Positions 51,031-64,000 of a stretch of DNA of 64,000 bases are shown here, one piece after another. The stretch lies in assembly GCA_047967505.1 (NCBI GenBank), contig CM106538.1. One strand, written 5' to 3'. The notes beneath the pieces were generated by a model. It was given only the letters and a program-made list of their open reading frames with translations, made no database searches and was not told where the DNA came from. Source of the DNA: Dipteris shenzhenensis. Taxonomy: Eukaryota. Numbering within the stretch: position 1 is the first letter of the stretch; every line of letters begins with the position of its first letter. A program made the translations under genes and the position numbers.

Positions 51031-54000
51031 TGAAGAATGTAAGAGAAACATACAAAAATTATATAAGTAATATGCGCATTCACATTAATTTTCATGTTCT
51101 GGATACTACCAAATCATTTATGTTCTAGGACACATAACAATATTTGGAATCGTTTAGAGTTCTACATCCAAAATCAATGTGGCTATTTGCGACACTAACT
51201 TAGAATACTCCATGCAAGCTTGATAGACCTCGAGAGAGAGAAATCGTCCAATTGTCTTGCCCCCTCCCAACATAATTGGATGATTGTGAATGTGGTAATA
51301 TACCTGTTAAAATAGGTGTGGGATGACAAATTATCTTTTCCCATGTTCTTCTCTCTCTCTCTCTTGTAAGCATCTATCTACACCATGATCATCTGCAAAA
51401 TCATGCTCTATTGAGGATGTTGGTATTTTACATACACTAGTGTAGTAGCTATCATTACTTACACAAGTACTTATAAACAAATTTACTGCTACTTTCTAAG
51501 CTAGGAGACTTTGTTAACCTAATACCCTCAATCCTCAATATTATTTTTTTGTACGTATATATGAACTATGGAGTTTGAGTTCTAATAAGGGCTACAAATT
51601 GCAATGTATGCAACATAATCATATCTATTTTATTTCACCTAATAATGTATAAAACATAAGGATAGTAAACCTATGTATACCACTATCTCTCCACATGTAC
51701 ACGCCATAATTTTGTGAGTTGCTACGAGCTAGCAATTGCGAGCCCCACAATTGGCTAGACTTCGAGCAAGATGAAAATTGTTGGCATAGGGGAGCCCGCA
51801 ATCAGCTCGAAGTCAAATATTTCCTCGTCACTCTTAAATCCTACTTTGTAGGGTTTTACTAATACATAGTATAGATTTTAACCACATACGATATGTTCCA
51901 GGTCACGGCCTAAGTGAACCTCTAACCAACACGTGGTATAATATTATTTATCAATGAATGCATTGTTCCAGGTCAGCTTAAGCAAACCTCCAACCGGCTC
52001 ATTGACTTTTTTTTTGAAATATAGTTACAAGCTATAACTACATGCTTATAAATAAATACATATGCTAAAATTAAGAAAAACATACACACAAACATAAGAT
52101 TTTCCAAAATTAAATCATTTCATGCATCTTGTAATGTCTAGTATTCCATTTTGCCAAAGCTTGTTGCCAGTAACTACGATATTTCATGCAACTAGATCGA
52201 AATCTTAAGTCATACAACTAAACTAAAATCCCAAGCCATGCAACTAACAAACTCTTGACCTAGTCCTAAGTGACAAGTCTTTCCAAAGAGTCTAGACAAG
52301 TTCCAACTCAAATACTTCATGCAAAAAATTAAAATCATCTAAGCCATGTACAATGTCACAACTAACTTACTCTTTACCTCCACTGCATACTTTGTGAGCC
52401 ATTGTGCGACCTTGCCTACTAAAGTTAACTCAAAAGCTACTTCCTGTCGGAGGGCGGCAGATTGTTGAACTCATACACCTTCTTAGATTGTCATACATGA
52501 GCATCTTGGTCATCCGATTTCCCCCCTGCAAACTTGGCATACTTGACTTGGCCCACCATCACAGTGCCTCTTACGTTTGGTGCTCCTCCTCCTCCAAATA
52601 CACACCTTGATCGAAGAGATTGTGAGAAGCAGCTGAAACCCTCTTCTATGGCTTGTTCTATGTAATGTTCAATGGGATGGCTAAGATTTCTATGGTTGTC
52701 GGTCAGGTTCCTACCTTTCTACATACAAAGAGGTCAATTGTTCTACTTTTTTTGGCCTACTTCCATACCCACTATTGTCACTTGGGTATTGATGAACTTT
52801 TGAGAAGTGCAGCAGCAATGAACTAGGAATGGAGAGAGAGAGAGAGCACACCTACAAAATACCAACATTTGGTTCTTGCTGTCCACACATTCATTTGAGC
52901 TTTTGTTTTCATTAGGACATTTCATCCCATAATATCCTTTAGTATTTGCAACTGGAATCACTTGATTTCTATCATGTATTAGCTCATCATTGCTTGGCTC
53001 ATCACGTATCTTTTCATCCATCAGGCTTGCTTCAAACCATGTGGGCCATGCCCTCCTGATGCTTGCAGTGTCTCCATTAGCTACTACTACCATTCTGCTC
53101 AGCTCGAGAGAGAAAGGGGGCGAGGGGAAGAGAGATAGAGAGAGATTGGGAGAGGATTTGTATGTGTTTCATGGAAAGGTTTATTGTGACTAACACAGCT
53201 TTTTAATTTGTAGGGCTTTAATTATGCTAGGACTCAATGTCATATTCAGTGCCCCCATGAAATTCCTAAAGTAGAGTACAAATGAGTCTTAGTGGAAACA
53301 ATGCAATAGCACGAATATTTTGGACTAAGAAATTTCATTGAAAATTTGGGGAACTAACCTTGCAGCCTGTATTCTCCTCTTTCAGGCACCACTATTGGTT
53401 GACAATGCATCCAGAGATTGCAATTGTCTTTTCCTCTCCTTCAGTCCCAAAAGTGTTTCCTTCAACTTTTTTACTCGTTCTATCGACTTCTCTCGTTCCT
53501 TCTCCATAGCACGTTGAACTTGGCCATAGATAGACCTTTCCAAATCTTGTTTGCTTTCAATGAGCTTTTGGATTGATTTTTCCAATTCCTGTTGCTCCAA
53601 GTCCAGTGCACGTACTTTGTCTCACTGAGTTCTTTGTTTTGCAATCAGAGATCTTGCATGCTATTATGCATTGCCACAATAGTAATATTTCCCAAATGTG
53701 CACGTTCTTTTGCTTGGGCTCTCTGCACCTCGATTGCTTTGCATATCCAATGTCTAAGAATGGTTCAATCGATTGCAATAACCAAGCAATCCAGCATGTC
53801 CATTGCCAACAAGCTGAACAACATCATGCACTGCATGAAAAGGAAGGCTCTTTTGGGTGGTAGGGTCTAAAGGATGCAAGTTTCCATCTACCCAAAGGTC
53901 AAGATGCTTCTTCCCTTTTGTAGTCAAAGACTGGGAAGCACACTTTGAGGAGTTCCACTATATTCCAAATGTGTGTGCTTGCATATTCTACCTCCACTTG

Positions 54001-54109
54001 TAGGTTCACATAGTACTTGTTGGATATGTCCTTGAATGGCGCCATGAGTACTCAAAGAGAGGTATTAGTGATGCAGGCTAAAATGTAGGGGAGAGCTGGC
54101 AAAGATGGA

Positions 54110-54600
54110 GCAATGAGAGGGAGAGAGTAGCAAGGAAGAGGGAGGAGGAGAAGTAGATTAGGGCAAGAGGAAGAGGAGGAGGAGAAGTAGATCAGGGCAA
54201 GAGGAAGAGGAGGAGGAGAGTAGGGCGACAGGTGTAGAAGGGAGGGGAGGAGGTGCTACAGAAGGGAGGAGGAGGGGAGATGCTACAGGAGGGAGGAGGA
54301 GGGGAGAGATTCTGTAGGAGGGAGGAGCAGAGGAGAGGAAGCCTGGGTGACAAGAGAAGGAGGGGAGAGGAAGGAGGGAGGAGGAGGCAGAAGGAGGAGG
54401 AGGAGGAGGAGGAGGAGGAGGGGAGAGGGAGGAGGGAGGAGGAGGAGAAAGATGGACGAGGGGAGATGAGGAGGGAGGGGGAGGGAGGGAGAGGGAGAGG
54501 GAGAGGGAGAGGGAGAGGGAGAGGGAGGAGGAGGGAGGGAGGTGGAGGGAGGGAGGGAGAGAGAGGGGGGGAGGGAGAGGGAGAGAGGGAGGGAGGGAGA
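54110..54600. repeat. GA-rich low-complexity tract
   Basis: gagga/gagagg runs. Confidence 0.85.
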
Positions 54601-54849
54601 TTCAAAATTTGAAATTCAAATTTCAAAAAGTGGCCCCCTCCCCTCATGGATGGGGGGAGAGGTGGGCTCAAATGTGGGCTTAACCCACCTAGGTTGGGAT
54701 GGTTAGGCCTCTTTGGGACCCTCCAAGCCCCTTGCATTGGCCCACTAAGCATTCCATAATCCATTCCTTATGAGGCCCTTTTGAGACCCCAATTCTCCCC
54801 TAATTTGAGTTTGCTGAGCTGTTTATTATTTCCTCCATTTGTGATTGAT

Positions 54850-56592
54850 TTAGTTACCCAATCTCCCTTAGTGTCAGCATACGCAATATGTGTATTGCAT
54901 TTTCCTTGTTTTCTTGTTCAACATTGCTATTTGCATTTTGGCCTCTCTGCCATCCACCATGACCTCTTTGGCTCCCCCTGCCTCTAAGGTTACCACATCC
55001 TCCTCCATAGGACTGGTTTTCTTCAATTTGCTGCATATTCTGATTTCTGCTATGGCCTCCAGATTGGCCTGCTCTACCTCTACCTCTACCTCTTCCAGCA
55101 TTTGAGTAAAGACAGTTTCTTTTGAACTTCCTCTTGAAGAAGATGCACCACCATTTCTCTGCTCTTCAGAAATTAGAAGAGCAATCAACTCCTCAAAATC
55201 AGGAAATTTTTCACGGACGGCAATGGATGTCCGAAACTATGCATAATCCTTTCCTAGACCATTCAAGGTCACAGAAACTAAATCATCATCTTCCACTGAT
55301 GACCCAATGGAAGTAAGTGCATCTGCAATCTTCGTCACCTTCATGTTGTAGTCATTGATGCTCATATTTTCTCTCTGCACATTATGCAACTCTTGCTTGA
55401 GCTGCATTTTCCTGGCTTGCGTATTTGTGCTGTACATTTTTGTCAAAGTATTCCATGCCTCCTTCAGTGTGCTTGCATCCTGAATATGCACAATCATAGA
55501 ATCTGAAATATTGATAGACAACCAGTACATAACTTTCCTAGCTCTCTCATGCCATCCTTTAAATGCATGCAACTCCTGTTAATTGGGAACATTAGGAATA
55601 ACTGGTTCTTGTTCAGCTCTAGTAATGAACTCCCAATAGCCTTTTCCCTTAAGGAAATTTGTCATTCTAAACTTCCATTCTTGGAAGTTGTTCTTGTCAA
55701 GCTTTGCAGTGACTATCTGTGAAAGAGCATCAGATGCCATTATAGAACACTGCAAAAATATTCTGTCATTGCAAAAACCACAACTTCTGCCTTAAAAGGG
55801 CAAATCTGCAAAATTGACGAAAGTGGTATTTGACCACACAATCACTTCCTAATGATGATTTTGCATCAACAGGCAATAAGAATGATTCTATCACTCTCAA
55901 TGTCTCTGTGCACATGCATACGATGCAATTTTTGCGGTAACTTTTCACCAATCTGTGGAACAATGGTCACATAGCAAAAATAGGGGCACTTTTTTGAGTG
56001 CCTACGAAAAACTTCCGCCACCAAAACGGGCCCCGAAATGGCCTCAAGTCAAAAAAATAATGTCACCGAGGACTTTGCCCTTGCCCATAGCATATACTAC
56101 CCTCTTGCCACACTGCGAAGGGTGTCTCAATCTGAGACAGTGCACTCTTGCACTTTTTGGCTGTGCTACCTGCAGAGATTTGCTCCCAAACTCGAAAAAG
56201 GAAAGAAACACTGATCCTCTTACCAAGACACTGTGAACTTGGTTTGCTTCCTTGAGCTCGTTACAACGAACTGAGCTCTGATACCATGTGAAGAGAGTGG
56301 GAGAGAAGTAAGGAGTCTCACTTGCAACTTTCTCACATATAGAATGGGGGAATACACACAAAGGTGGAGGCTGAAAACAATTTTCCTCTTCTTAGTTGTG
56401 AAAACCAAAAGAACTCTTTCTCTTAGTACAAAAGGAATAAATGAACCCTATATGTGGGTCTCAAACCAAACTTAGCTAACCTAGGTGGCATACTAACTGA
56501 GCCACTAACTAAAGTACATAAAGGTAACTATCATCCAGCTATTATGCATGGGCGGTGTACCAACCGCATCTGTAGCTAACAAGTCGGTAACA
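54850..56592 (-). mobile_element. 3'-truncated Ty1/copia: 5' LTR, PBS and gag
   Basis: LTR 56287-56592; PBS complement gagctctgatacca at 56273-56286. gag from ~55740: KLDKNNFQEWKFRM..ARKVMYWLSINISDSM..ARKMQLKQELHN..LNGL. Confidence 0.9.
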
Positions 56593-56869
56593 TAAATGCA
56601 CAACGGTCACCCTGGCATATCACGAGTGGAGCTCAATATCTCAACAGAGGAATCCGAGCACGATGAAGGATCCAAGCATGATCAGGGGTCCTCTCAATCC
56701 TTCCACACAACTAACTGTGGAACTAGAGAGGTCTCACAAGAGGGAAAAAATAGTCCAATCAATCATGATCAACTGCCCCTCCCTCCTCTGTGGGGTCCTG
56801 TTTGATTTACTTGTGCAACATGCAGGCGGACATCAATTTTGCGACTGGTGTATTACACAGGTTTTCCAA

Positions 56870-57960
56870 TAAATCCTAGGAGAACCATTGGAGGGCAGGG
56901 GTGTGGGTGCTGAAATACATCAAAGGCACACTTGATTATGGCATCACCTATACCAAGAGCAACATCTTGACCGGATTCTGTGACTCGGATTGGGCAGGAG
57001 ATGTGGATAGCAGGAGGTCAGTGACAGGTTACTGTTTCTCACTTGGATCTGGAGCTGTGTCATGGGTCAATAAGAAGCAACCCACAGTTGCTCTTTCTTC
57101 AACCGAGGCTGAGTACAAATCAGCATGTTTTGCTTCTTGTGAGGCAGTGTGGTTGAGGAGGATTTTAGGGGACATGGGTGCAGTGCAAGCCTACACAGTT
57201 ATCATGTGACAATCAGAGCTGCATGGCGATTACAAAGAACCCTATGTTTTATGCTCACACAAAACACGTTGAGATTCAATATCACTTTGTATGCGAGCTC
57301 ATCATGGATGGAGAGGTCGACTTGGTGTACTGTCCGACTACAGAGAATGCTGCAGACATCTTCACGAAGGCTCTTGGAAGAGACTTGCTGGAGAGGGATC
57401 TTCATTGACTTGGCATTGGGCCGAAAAAGTAAGTTCACTAGCAGGTGTACATTGAGGGGGGGTGTTAGATATCAATGCTCCACTCTCGTGTAACTATGTG
57501 GGAACCAACTAACTCTACTTGTAAGCCCCCCATATGAGGAGAAGGCATTTGAGTAGCTCGGTTATCCGGTAGGTCTTGGTTTGGACACTAGAAGGGGGCC
57601 ATGTGTGGCCTGATGGATATGGTGCACTGCCAACTAGGCTACATGCAAGTGCGAGAAGGCATCCCATGACTGACCGCATAGAGGGTGGATGGAGCATTTC
57701 TCAGGGCAGCCCACTCTTGGGTTGCGGGGCCCGTTTGGAGCCCCAGATGATCCCAGATGACTCTAGTCCCACGAATGCATACCGTACATCAGTTGCTCTA
57801 TTTTGCACACTGGTTCTATCATGTGGTCGATAGCCTATTTTGGGACTAACCCCCAGTCGGGCCGGATTGGGCCAGTCACCCAATTGGGTCTAACCGACTA
57901 CGACTGGAGGCTATATAAGAGTAAGCTTGTGAAGCCCATTTTATCACTGGGTACAACAAC
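56870..57960 (+). mobile_element. 3' end of a Ty1/copia element (RT tail, RNase H, PPT, 3' LTR)
   Basis: GFCDSDWAGD..RRSVTGY..SSTEAEY; CDNQS..HTKHVEIQYHF..ADIFTKAL. PPT ttgaggggggg; LTR begins TG at 57463, right end uncertain. Confidence 0.9.
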
Positions 57961-58169
57961 CCTGATTCCTTAGCATCCAGCCTCCATCCTCTACTGGTTC
58001 CATCATGCAATCGAAGCTTCTCTCACAAGAGCGCACGGCTGGGAGGTAGCACCATCTATTGTATCAGTTTTGCAGTAATCAAATTTTTGATTCTCCATAC
58101 TATCTACTTTTCTCTCTTGCATACGAGATCCTATTATCTGTTGAGCACAGACGTTGTATTGTTTTCTTA

Positions 58170-59715
58170 TAAGAACATCGGGCTTTGAATTCCCAAATAC
58201 ACTCCTAGCTCTAAACCTAGTTGATAGAGAGTCAATGCTATTGTCATTTTGCTGGCCAGGGACATTGACTGCTGCCGTCAATGCCATACCTTGAAAATTG
58301 GTTACAAAGGCATTGAGGGCAACCATGTGGTTCACCAAAATGACCTTGTTAGCATTGCCATTGATGTCAGCATGACCAATCACTCGTGACAAGGCCTTGC
58401 ACTTTAGGAGGTCATCAATGCCATGTGGAGAAAACGTTTTGTGAATAACCACAAAGCACCCTTTTACTTAGCCAAGGTAATGTGCTAGTGAGTGATTTGG
58501 GCTGAAGCTATTGTGAGCAAGGCATTGCCGAGATGAGAATAGGTCGACCTCAAATGCCTCCTACAATAGTCCAACATTACATTGGAATTCCGTTAAAGCA
58601 AAATTATCCCAAGAAATTCAAAGCTCATAGTTTCTTACCACTATGGAGTCATCATGCTCAATCCCTTCCTCTTTGCCAATGAGGATAGATTCAGAGGCCT
58701 CCTGTTATCCCGGATGAGATGTTGAGGCTTCTTTTGGAACATCAGGTAGATCGGAGTAGATTGATGTCGATCAAACAGGCCTCATATGCACCATTGCGGG
58801 TTTTGGAATTTTTGAGCTCCTTACACGATGTCGAACACATTTGCCTTCTGTGCCACAGTGAGATTCTTTACTAAATTGCTCAAAAATGACCATTATACAC
58901 AAAAATTTATCTGATAGCATGCATTTGAACATAATAGTGAATGAAAATATTAATGCCAACAACAATTAAAGTTACAAAATACAATGACAGTATAAAATAA
59001 ATTTTGTAAAAGAACACAAAATTGGGCACTGTATAAAAATTATATCTGTATTCATATAAAATAAAAGCTCTATACAATAAGGCTTTAGAGCCTTTCTCTC
59101 TTCTCTAAAACACTGAGAACATTGGGCTTTGAATTCCCAAATACACTCCTAGCTCTAAACCTAGTCGATAGAGAGTCAACGCTATTGTCATTTTGTTGGC
59201 CAGGGACATGGCTACTACCGTCAATGCCATACCTTGAAAATTGGTTCCAAAAGCATTGAGGGAAGCCATGCGGTTCACTTGAATGACCTTGTTAGCATTG
59301 CCATTGATGTCAGCATAAACAATCACTCGTGACAAGGCCTTGCACTTTAGGAGTCATCAGTGCCATGTGGAGAAAATGTTTTGTGGATAACCACAAAGCA
59401 CCCTTTTGCTTAGCCAAGGTAATGTGCTAGTGAGTGATCTCGGCCGACCCTAGTGTGAACAAGGCATTGCCGAGATGAGAATAGGTCGACCTCAAATGCC
59501 TCCTCTAATAGTCCAACATTACATTAGAATTCCGGTAAAGCAAAATTATACCAAGAAATTCAAAACTCATAGTTTCTTACCACTATGGAGTCTTCACATG
59601 TACTCAATCCCTTCCTCTTTGTCAATGAGGATGGATCCAGAGGCCTCCTGCTATCCGGAGGTGAGATGTTGAGGCTTCTTTTGGAACATCATGTAGGTCA
59701 GAGTAGATTGATGTC
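58170..59715. repeat. Direct duplication of ~600 bp (~58170-58768 and ~59116-59714)
   Basis: gggctttgaattcccaaatacactcctagc..gagtagattgatgtc is present in both copies with scattered substitutions. Confidence 0.92.
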
Positions 59716-61069
59716 TCTGCATCTTTAATTTTGGCTAGTGTTAAAGCAAGAACTCTTCTATTGAATCATCTACTCCTAAAAACCCAAGTCCTTGCATAGT
59801 CTTGTCCACCTCGTATCCACATAGGACACCAAGAGCTTCATTTTCTTGGAGACCAAACATAACCTTGATGTCATGGAGAAAGAGGCATGTTCTCCATCGA
59901 CTAGAAGGGGAGCAAAAAACCATATCATTGTTGCGGGGTCAACAGAGGTGGTGCCCGAGGTGGATGGAATTTGAGAAGTACAATGGGGTTTAGGAGGTCA
60001 CTGGAGCACTACAGGGCCAATGCAACTTCCCGCTCCTCAGCTTCTTCATCTATGGGCTCTTCATTGTAGATGTTCGGCTCATCTATAGAAATAAGAGGAT
60101 CAGAAAGGGCAGGGGCAGGGGCAGGAGGGCTTGAGGTCAAGGCCTCCTCTTCCATTTGTCCCTCCTAGAGAAGGAAAATAAAGGTCATTTCCCAAGATAG
60201 GAACCTATTTTCTGTGTTTTTGATGACGCTGCATGCTAGGAGGTCATCGATTTCCACCTCCCTAAACCCTAGGGGTGTGAGTTAGGCTCAAAAGTGATCT
60301 AAACACTTCATGAACCTAGGTTCTTGATTGAACAAGTACTTCAAATAATCAATTGGGACCCATCTTTTTATAGACTCATCAAGTTGATATGCAAAACTCA
60401 CGATGTGGTCTTGCATGTACTTGATGAGGTCTTCAAAATCTCTCGGGCTCCCACGTAGGTGCCTAGGACATCTATGCTCTTATGAAAGACTGAAAATAAC
60501 TCTATCAACTAATGGAGTATGGGAGATGAAATCGTGGAAGGCATACCTAGCAAAATCCATGGTAGTTTGGTAGCTAGGAGAACTATGGCTATGATAGTGA
60601 AACTAAAGTAATTTTATAACCTATATATAACCAAATGTTCTAAATATAAATAATACAAAGAATTATAAAATTTTTGGGAAAAACTTGACATTGACATGAA
60701 ACAAAACCATTCAAAACATCAAAATTAATTGCAGCACTATTAATTGAAAAATGTTAAAATCCACGTCCCTTCAATTCATGCAAAAGATCACCTCTTTTTC
60801 TGTTGGGAAGCTTATGTGAACCCTTGGCAGATCCTCTCATGACTATCCAATCATTCAAGCTGTAGGTGCAAGGCACCCATTCACCCAGTGCATTTTTGCT
60901 CCTGTGGGACACATAGTACATGTATGGTCTCCTCACCATGCTTGTACAGAGGTCACAACAACAATAGTGGACTAGAAAGTGTAGCTTGGAGGAAGAGAGC
61001 AGCTCCAATAGAGGGAGAGAGAGGGAGAAGGTATAGAAGGTGCAACTGAAGGTTGAGAGAAGCTCCAAG

Positions 61070-61290
61070 AGGTATTGTAGCTAGGAATGGAGGGAGAAAG
61101 AGCAGAGAGGGATGAGCAACTACTCCAGGAGGTGTTGTAGCTAGGAATGGAGGGAGAAAGTGCAGAGAGGGATGAGAAGCCACTACAGGAGGTACTGTAG
61201 CTAGGAATGGAGGGAGAAAGAGAAGAGGGGGATGAGCAGCTGTTGCTGTAGGAGGTTCTATAGCTAGGAATGGAGAGAGAATGAGCAGTT
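61070..61290. repeat. Tandem repeat with ~60 bp period (tagctaggaatggagggagaaag..), ~4 units
   Basis: tagctaggaatggag at ~61078, 61138, 61198 and 61261. Confidence 0.9.
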
Positions 61291-61730
61291 GCTACACGAG
61301 GTGCTGGAGAGGGAGAAAGACAGTGGACAAGAGCAAAAGGGGGCAGAGAAGCTACCAAATGAGTTCCCACGTTTGAAAAATGGAGGGAGAATGGAGCTAG
61401 ACCAGAGAAGAGGAGGGGGCAGTCTGAGAGGGGGAAAAGATTCACCCATAAGTACCCACCACCTCTTGAATGACTTGTAGGTTTGTTTGGGGGAGGTGCA
61501 TATGGGAGAAGGGTCAAGCATGGGTTGAGGGGGGGGGATGGTTTGAGTGTCCCCAGTGTAAGAGGAGTAGCCAATAGGGGCTATCTGTAGGTCTGCCCAC
61601 CCTCCACCTCAACATGGCATTACCCCACAAAAAGGAGCACTCCCATTAGTACACCTCAAATACCTCAATAATCCCTTGAAATTAGGAAACACTAATTGGG
61701 GGGCCCTTTGGAGACCCTAGTTCACCCCTA

Positions 61731-62950
61731 ATGTTGCATCTCTTCAAAGATAAAATTATAGCTATAACTCAAAGAGAATTCATAGAAAAGGATTTAAAAG
61801 AACTTCAAGAAAAGCTTGATTGGAAGAATCAAGTCATGAATTGGATTGAAATTTTAATAGGATGCAGCGTCAACACATATGAGGAATCATCAATGGCAGC
61901 AATAAAGAACTTGATGAATGTTTCTAACTTATATTTGTGGGATTCAGCATGGAAGAATATGAAAGAAAAAACAAAGGTAGCTAAGAAAAGATTACTAGAC
62001 ATTGATGCAACACTTGCAAAAGCTAGGATGGCTTATTCTAAGTCTCAAAGAATAAATGATAGCATTGGAGATGAGGAACATAGCCTAAAGTAGAAGTTAC
62101 ATGCATCTTATTCTCAATTTGAGAATTGCCATATAATGGTATTTTTGATAGAAAACGAGATTATAAAGGGAGATAAGCTTGATGAGGGAGAATATGGGAA
62201 TGCTTATAAAGTCAAAATCACAGGAAATCCATGGCTTATGGATTTTGCTTGGTATGTAAGAAAACAATTCAAGGGTCAACCAACAATTCAAGACTCAAGC
62301 TATTGAAGGAAGATGAGAACAATCGATGCAAATTATGCACCCTACTCTTGTCCATGTGATTGCAGCCACTAGTGTAAGACCTTTTTGAAACATTACCATT
62401 GTTTAATGGAGTAAACTTACACCAATTCATGCTTAAATTTCCATTCAACAAGGGGAGCTACACCAGATACATTCATAGAAAAGGAATTGAAAAAAGAAAG
62501 TTTGAAAGGTCTCAAGGGAAGCTTCCTAAACTGTAGATCGCATCAAAGGACCTTGAAAAAATTTGCAATTTTGGTAAGGCTTTACCAAGATGCTTGCATG
62601 CCCTTGTATAGGGAATGCATGCACTACATGATGGACAATGGATGCATACTGATTTGCATACAAGCAACATCATCCTTGACTTCACTTCTAGTGGGGACTC
62701 TAGAATAAGCATCATAGACTAGGGAAGCACACTTGATGTCACAGAGGATAGAGTGGCATTTGATGTAATGAGAAAGAATGAAAAAGAGAGTGATGAAACT
62801 TTCCAAGCTCGAGTTGCAGTAGAAGTACAAAGGAGATGTGCAATGAAGTGGATAACACCAAAATTACATAATCCATTGAGAAGTGTACACTATTCTCGAG
62901 CAACGGATGTCTATGCATTAGGTTGGATTCTAAAAGATCACGTGTCTCTT
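61731..62950 (+). pseudogene. Degenerate protein-kinase-like ORF preceded by a coiled-coil region
   Basis: Across frameshifts: YGNAYKV, HTDLHTSNILLD, IID*GS and YSRATDVYALG (catalytic-loop, DFG-like and subdomain IX motifs). No introns evident. Confidence 0.65.
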
Positions 62951-64000
62951 TTATGAGAATTCTAGATACCTTCTTGAGAAGGTGTCTAGAATTCCAGATA
63001 TCCAAGTATAAAGAAGGTCAAAGAATGGATTATAGACAATGTGATGAATGTCCACGTGTTCATTACTGTTTAGAACAAGTGGACAACTTCTTTATAGGTC
63101 TTGGTTTCAAATGGTTTCTTGCCATGTGTCCTCGACATGAAATGGATCTTGCAATGGTTTTGGGAGAAAATACACTCTTGGAAGTCCAAAGAGCAAGCTA
63201 TAAGACCTTGCAAGAAGATCATGATAGATGTTTTCACGAGCTTGCCATGGCTTTTGACAGTTATGAAAAGCAGTCGGTTGTCTTGAGAGATTTCCAAACT
63301 AGAGTGGAAGTCTTGGAAATGGCCCATGAAGATGTTTTTCAGCAATTTACATAGCTACAACAGATGCTGAGGGACTCAGATGAAGTTGTTGCATAGAGTG
63401 AGCAAAAAGTGGAGGAGATGAAGGAGAACATCCACAGCCTTAGGATGAGGGAAGAAGGAATCAATAAGAAACTTCGTCATGTACAGAGCAAGACTATGGT
63501 ATTGATGGCTACAATAGTTAAATCATATGCCTATCATGTTATGTAGCAGGGTCTAAAATGCATGGTCTGCCATACCCCCATCATAGATGACTATTGTAAC
63601 CAATGGCCTGCGTGCCATCGCCCTATGTATATTTTTTTCTTTGGAGTGTTTGAGCATACAAAATCGCTATATGTAGAGAATGCCATTTGCCATTGCCCAG
63701 GTCATGGACAGATCAAATGTGCCTACTTGCTACAACTATCTAGGATGAGAAAGTAGATGCTATAGCTCAATTTGCCATTTGGGCAAAAGATCTTAAATAC
63801 AAGGTGCTCAAATTGAAGAAGGCCAAGACCTAGCCTAATTGTGAGGAAAAGGAGCCTGAAGGGAGGAGCCAACCCCCTTCAGGAAAGGCGTAAGAAGGGC
63901 CGAGCTTGCAACCAGGAAGCTCAAATCCAGGAAAGAGGAAGCAGCATGAAGGGAGGGGCTGGGGCCCCTACAGGAAGGAACCAGGCCCATTCTGGAAAGG

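Noticed and set aside
52400-54060. Host gene on the minus strand (53382-53600 coiled-coil ORF and neighbours)
   Set aside because: No recognisable domain or coherent exon structure; probably decayed transposon ORFs.

Overview
Repeat-rich land-plant nuclear DNA. A fern or other seed-free plant is inferred from the element mix and gene structure, but this is not provable here. Two host genes are supported, both on the minus strand: an intact six-exon oligopeptide transporter (OPT, 32789-35464, 745 aa) with a degenerate partial paralogue upstream, and exon 1 of an AIPP1/EDM3-like RRM gene (10602-11093) whose intron appears to run through a >10 kb transposon nest. The rest is nested, mostly decayed mobile DNA: Ty3/gypsy (chromovirus-type and Tat-type), Ty1/copia, hAT, a LINE ORF1 remnant, an endonuclease-bearing Helitron (Helentron-like), and possible Sola-like and kinase-carrying fragments. 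The standout is 21581-30956, a copia element bounded by two LTRs, PBS, PPT and a TCTAA target-site duplication. It has gag but no pol. In place of pol it holds about 6.5 kb of antisense, intron-containing cargo: a RAG1/Transib-like DDE transposase gene, four fixed-spacer palindromic modules, and a Ulp1/C48 (SUMO-type) protease gene starting with a histone-H3-tail-like peptide (MARTKSTARK). This copy is pseudogenised. All family assignments come from motif recognition by eye; no database search was run.
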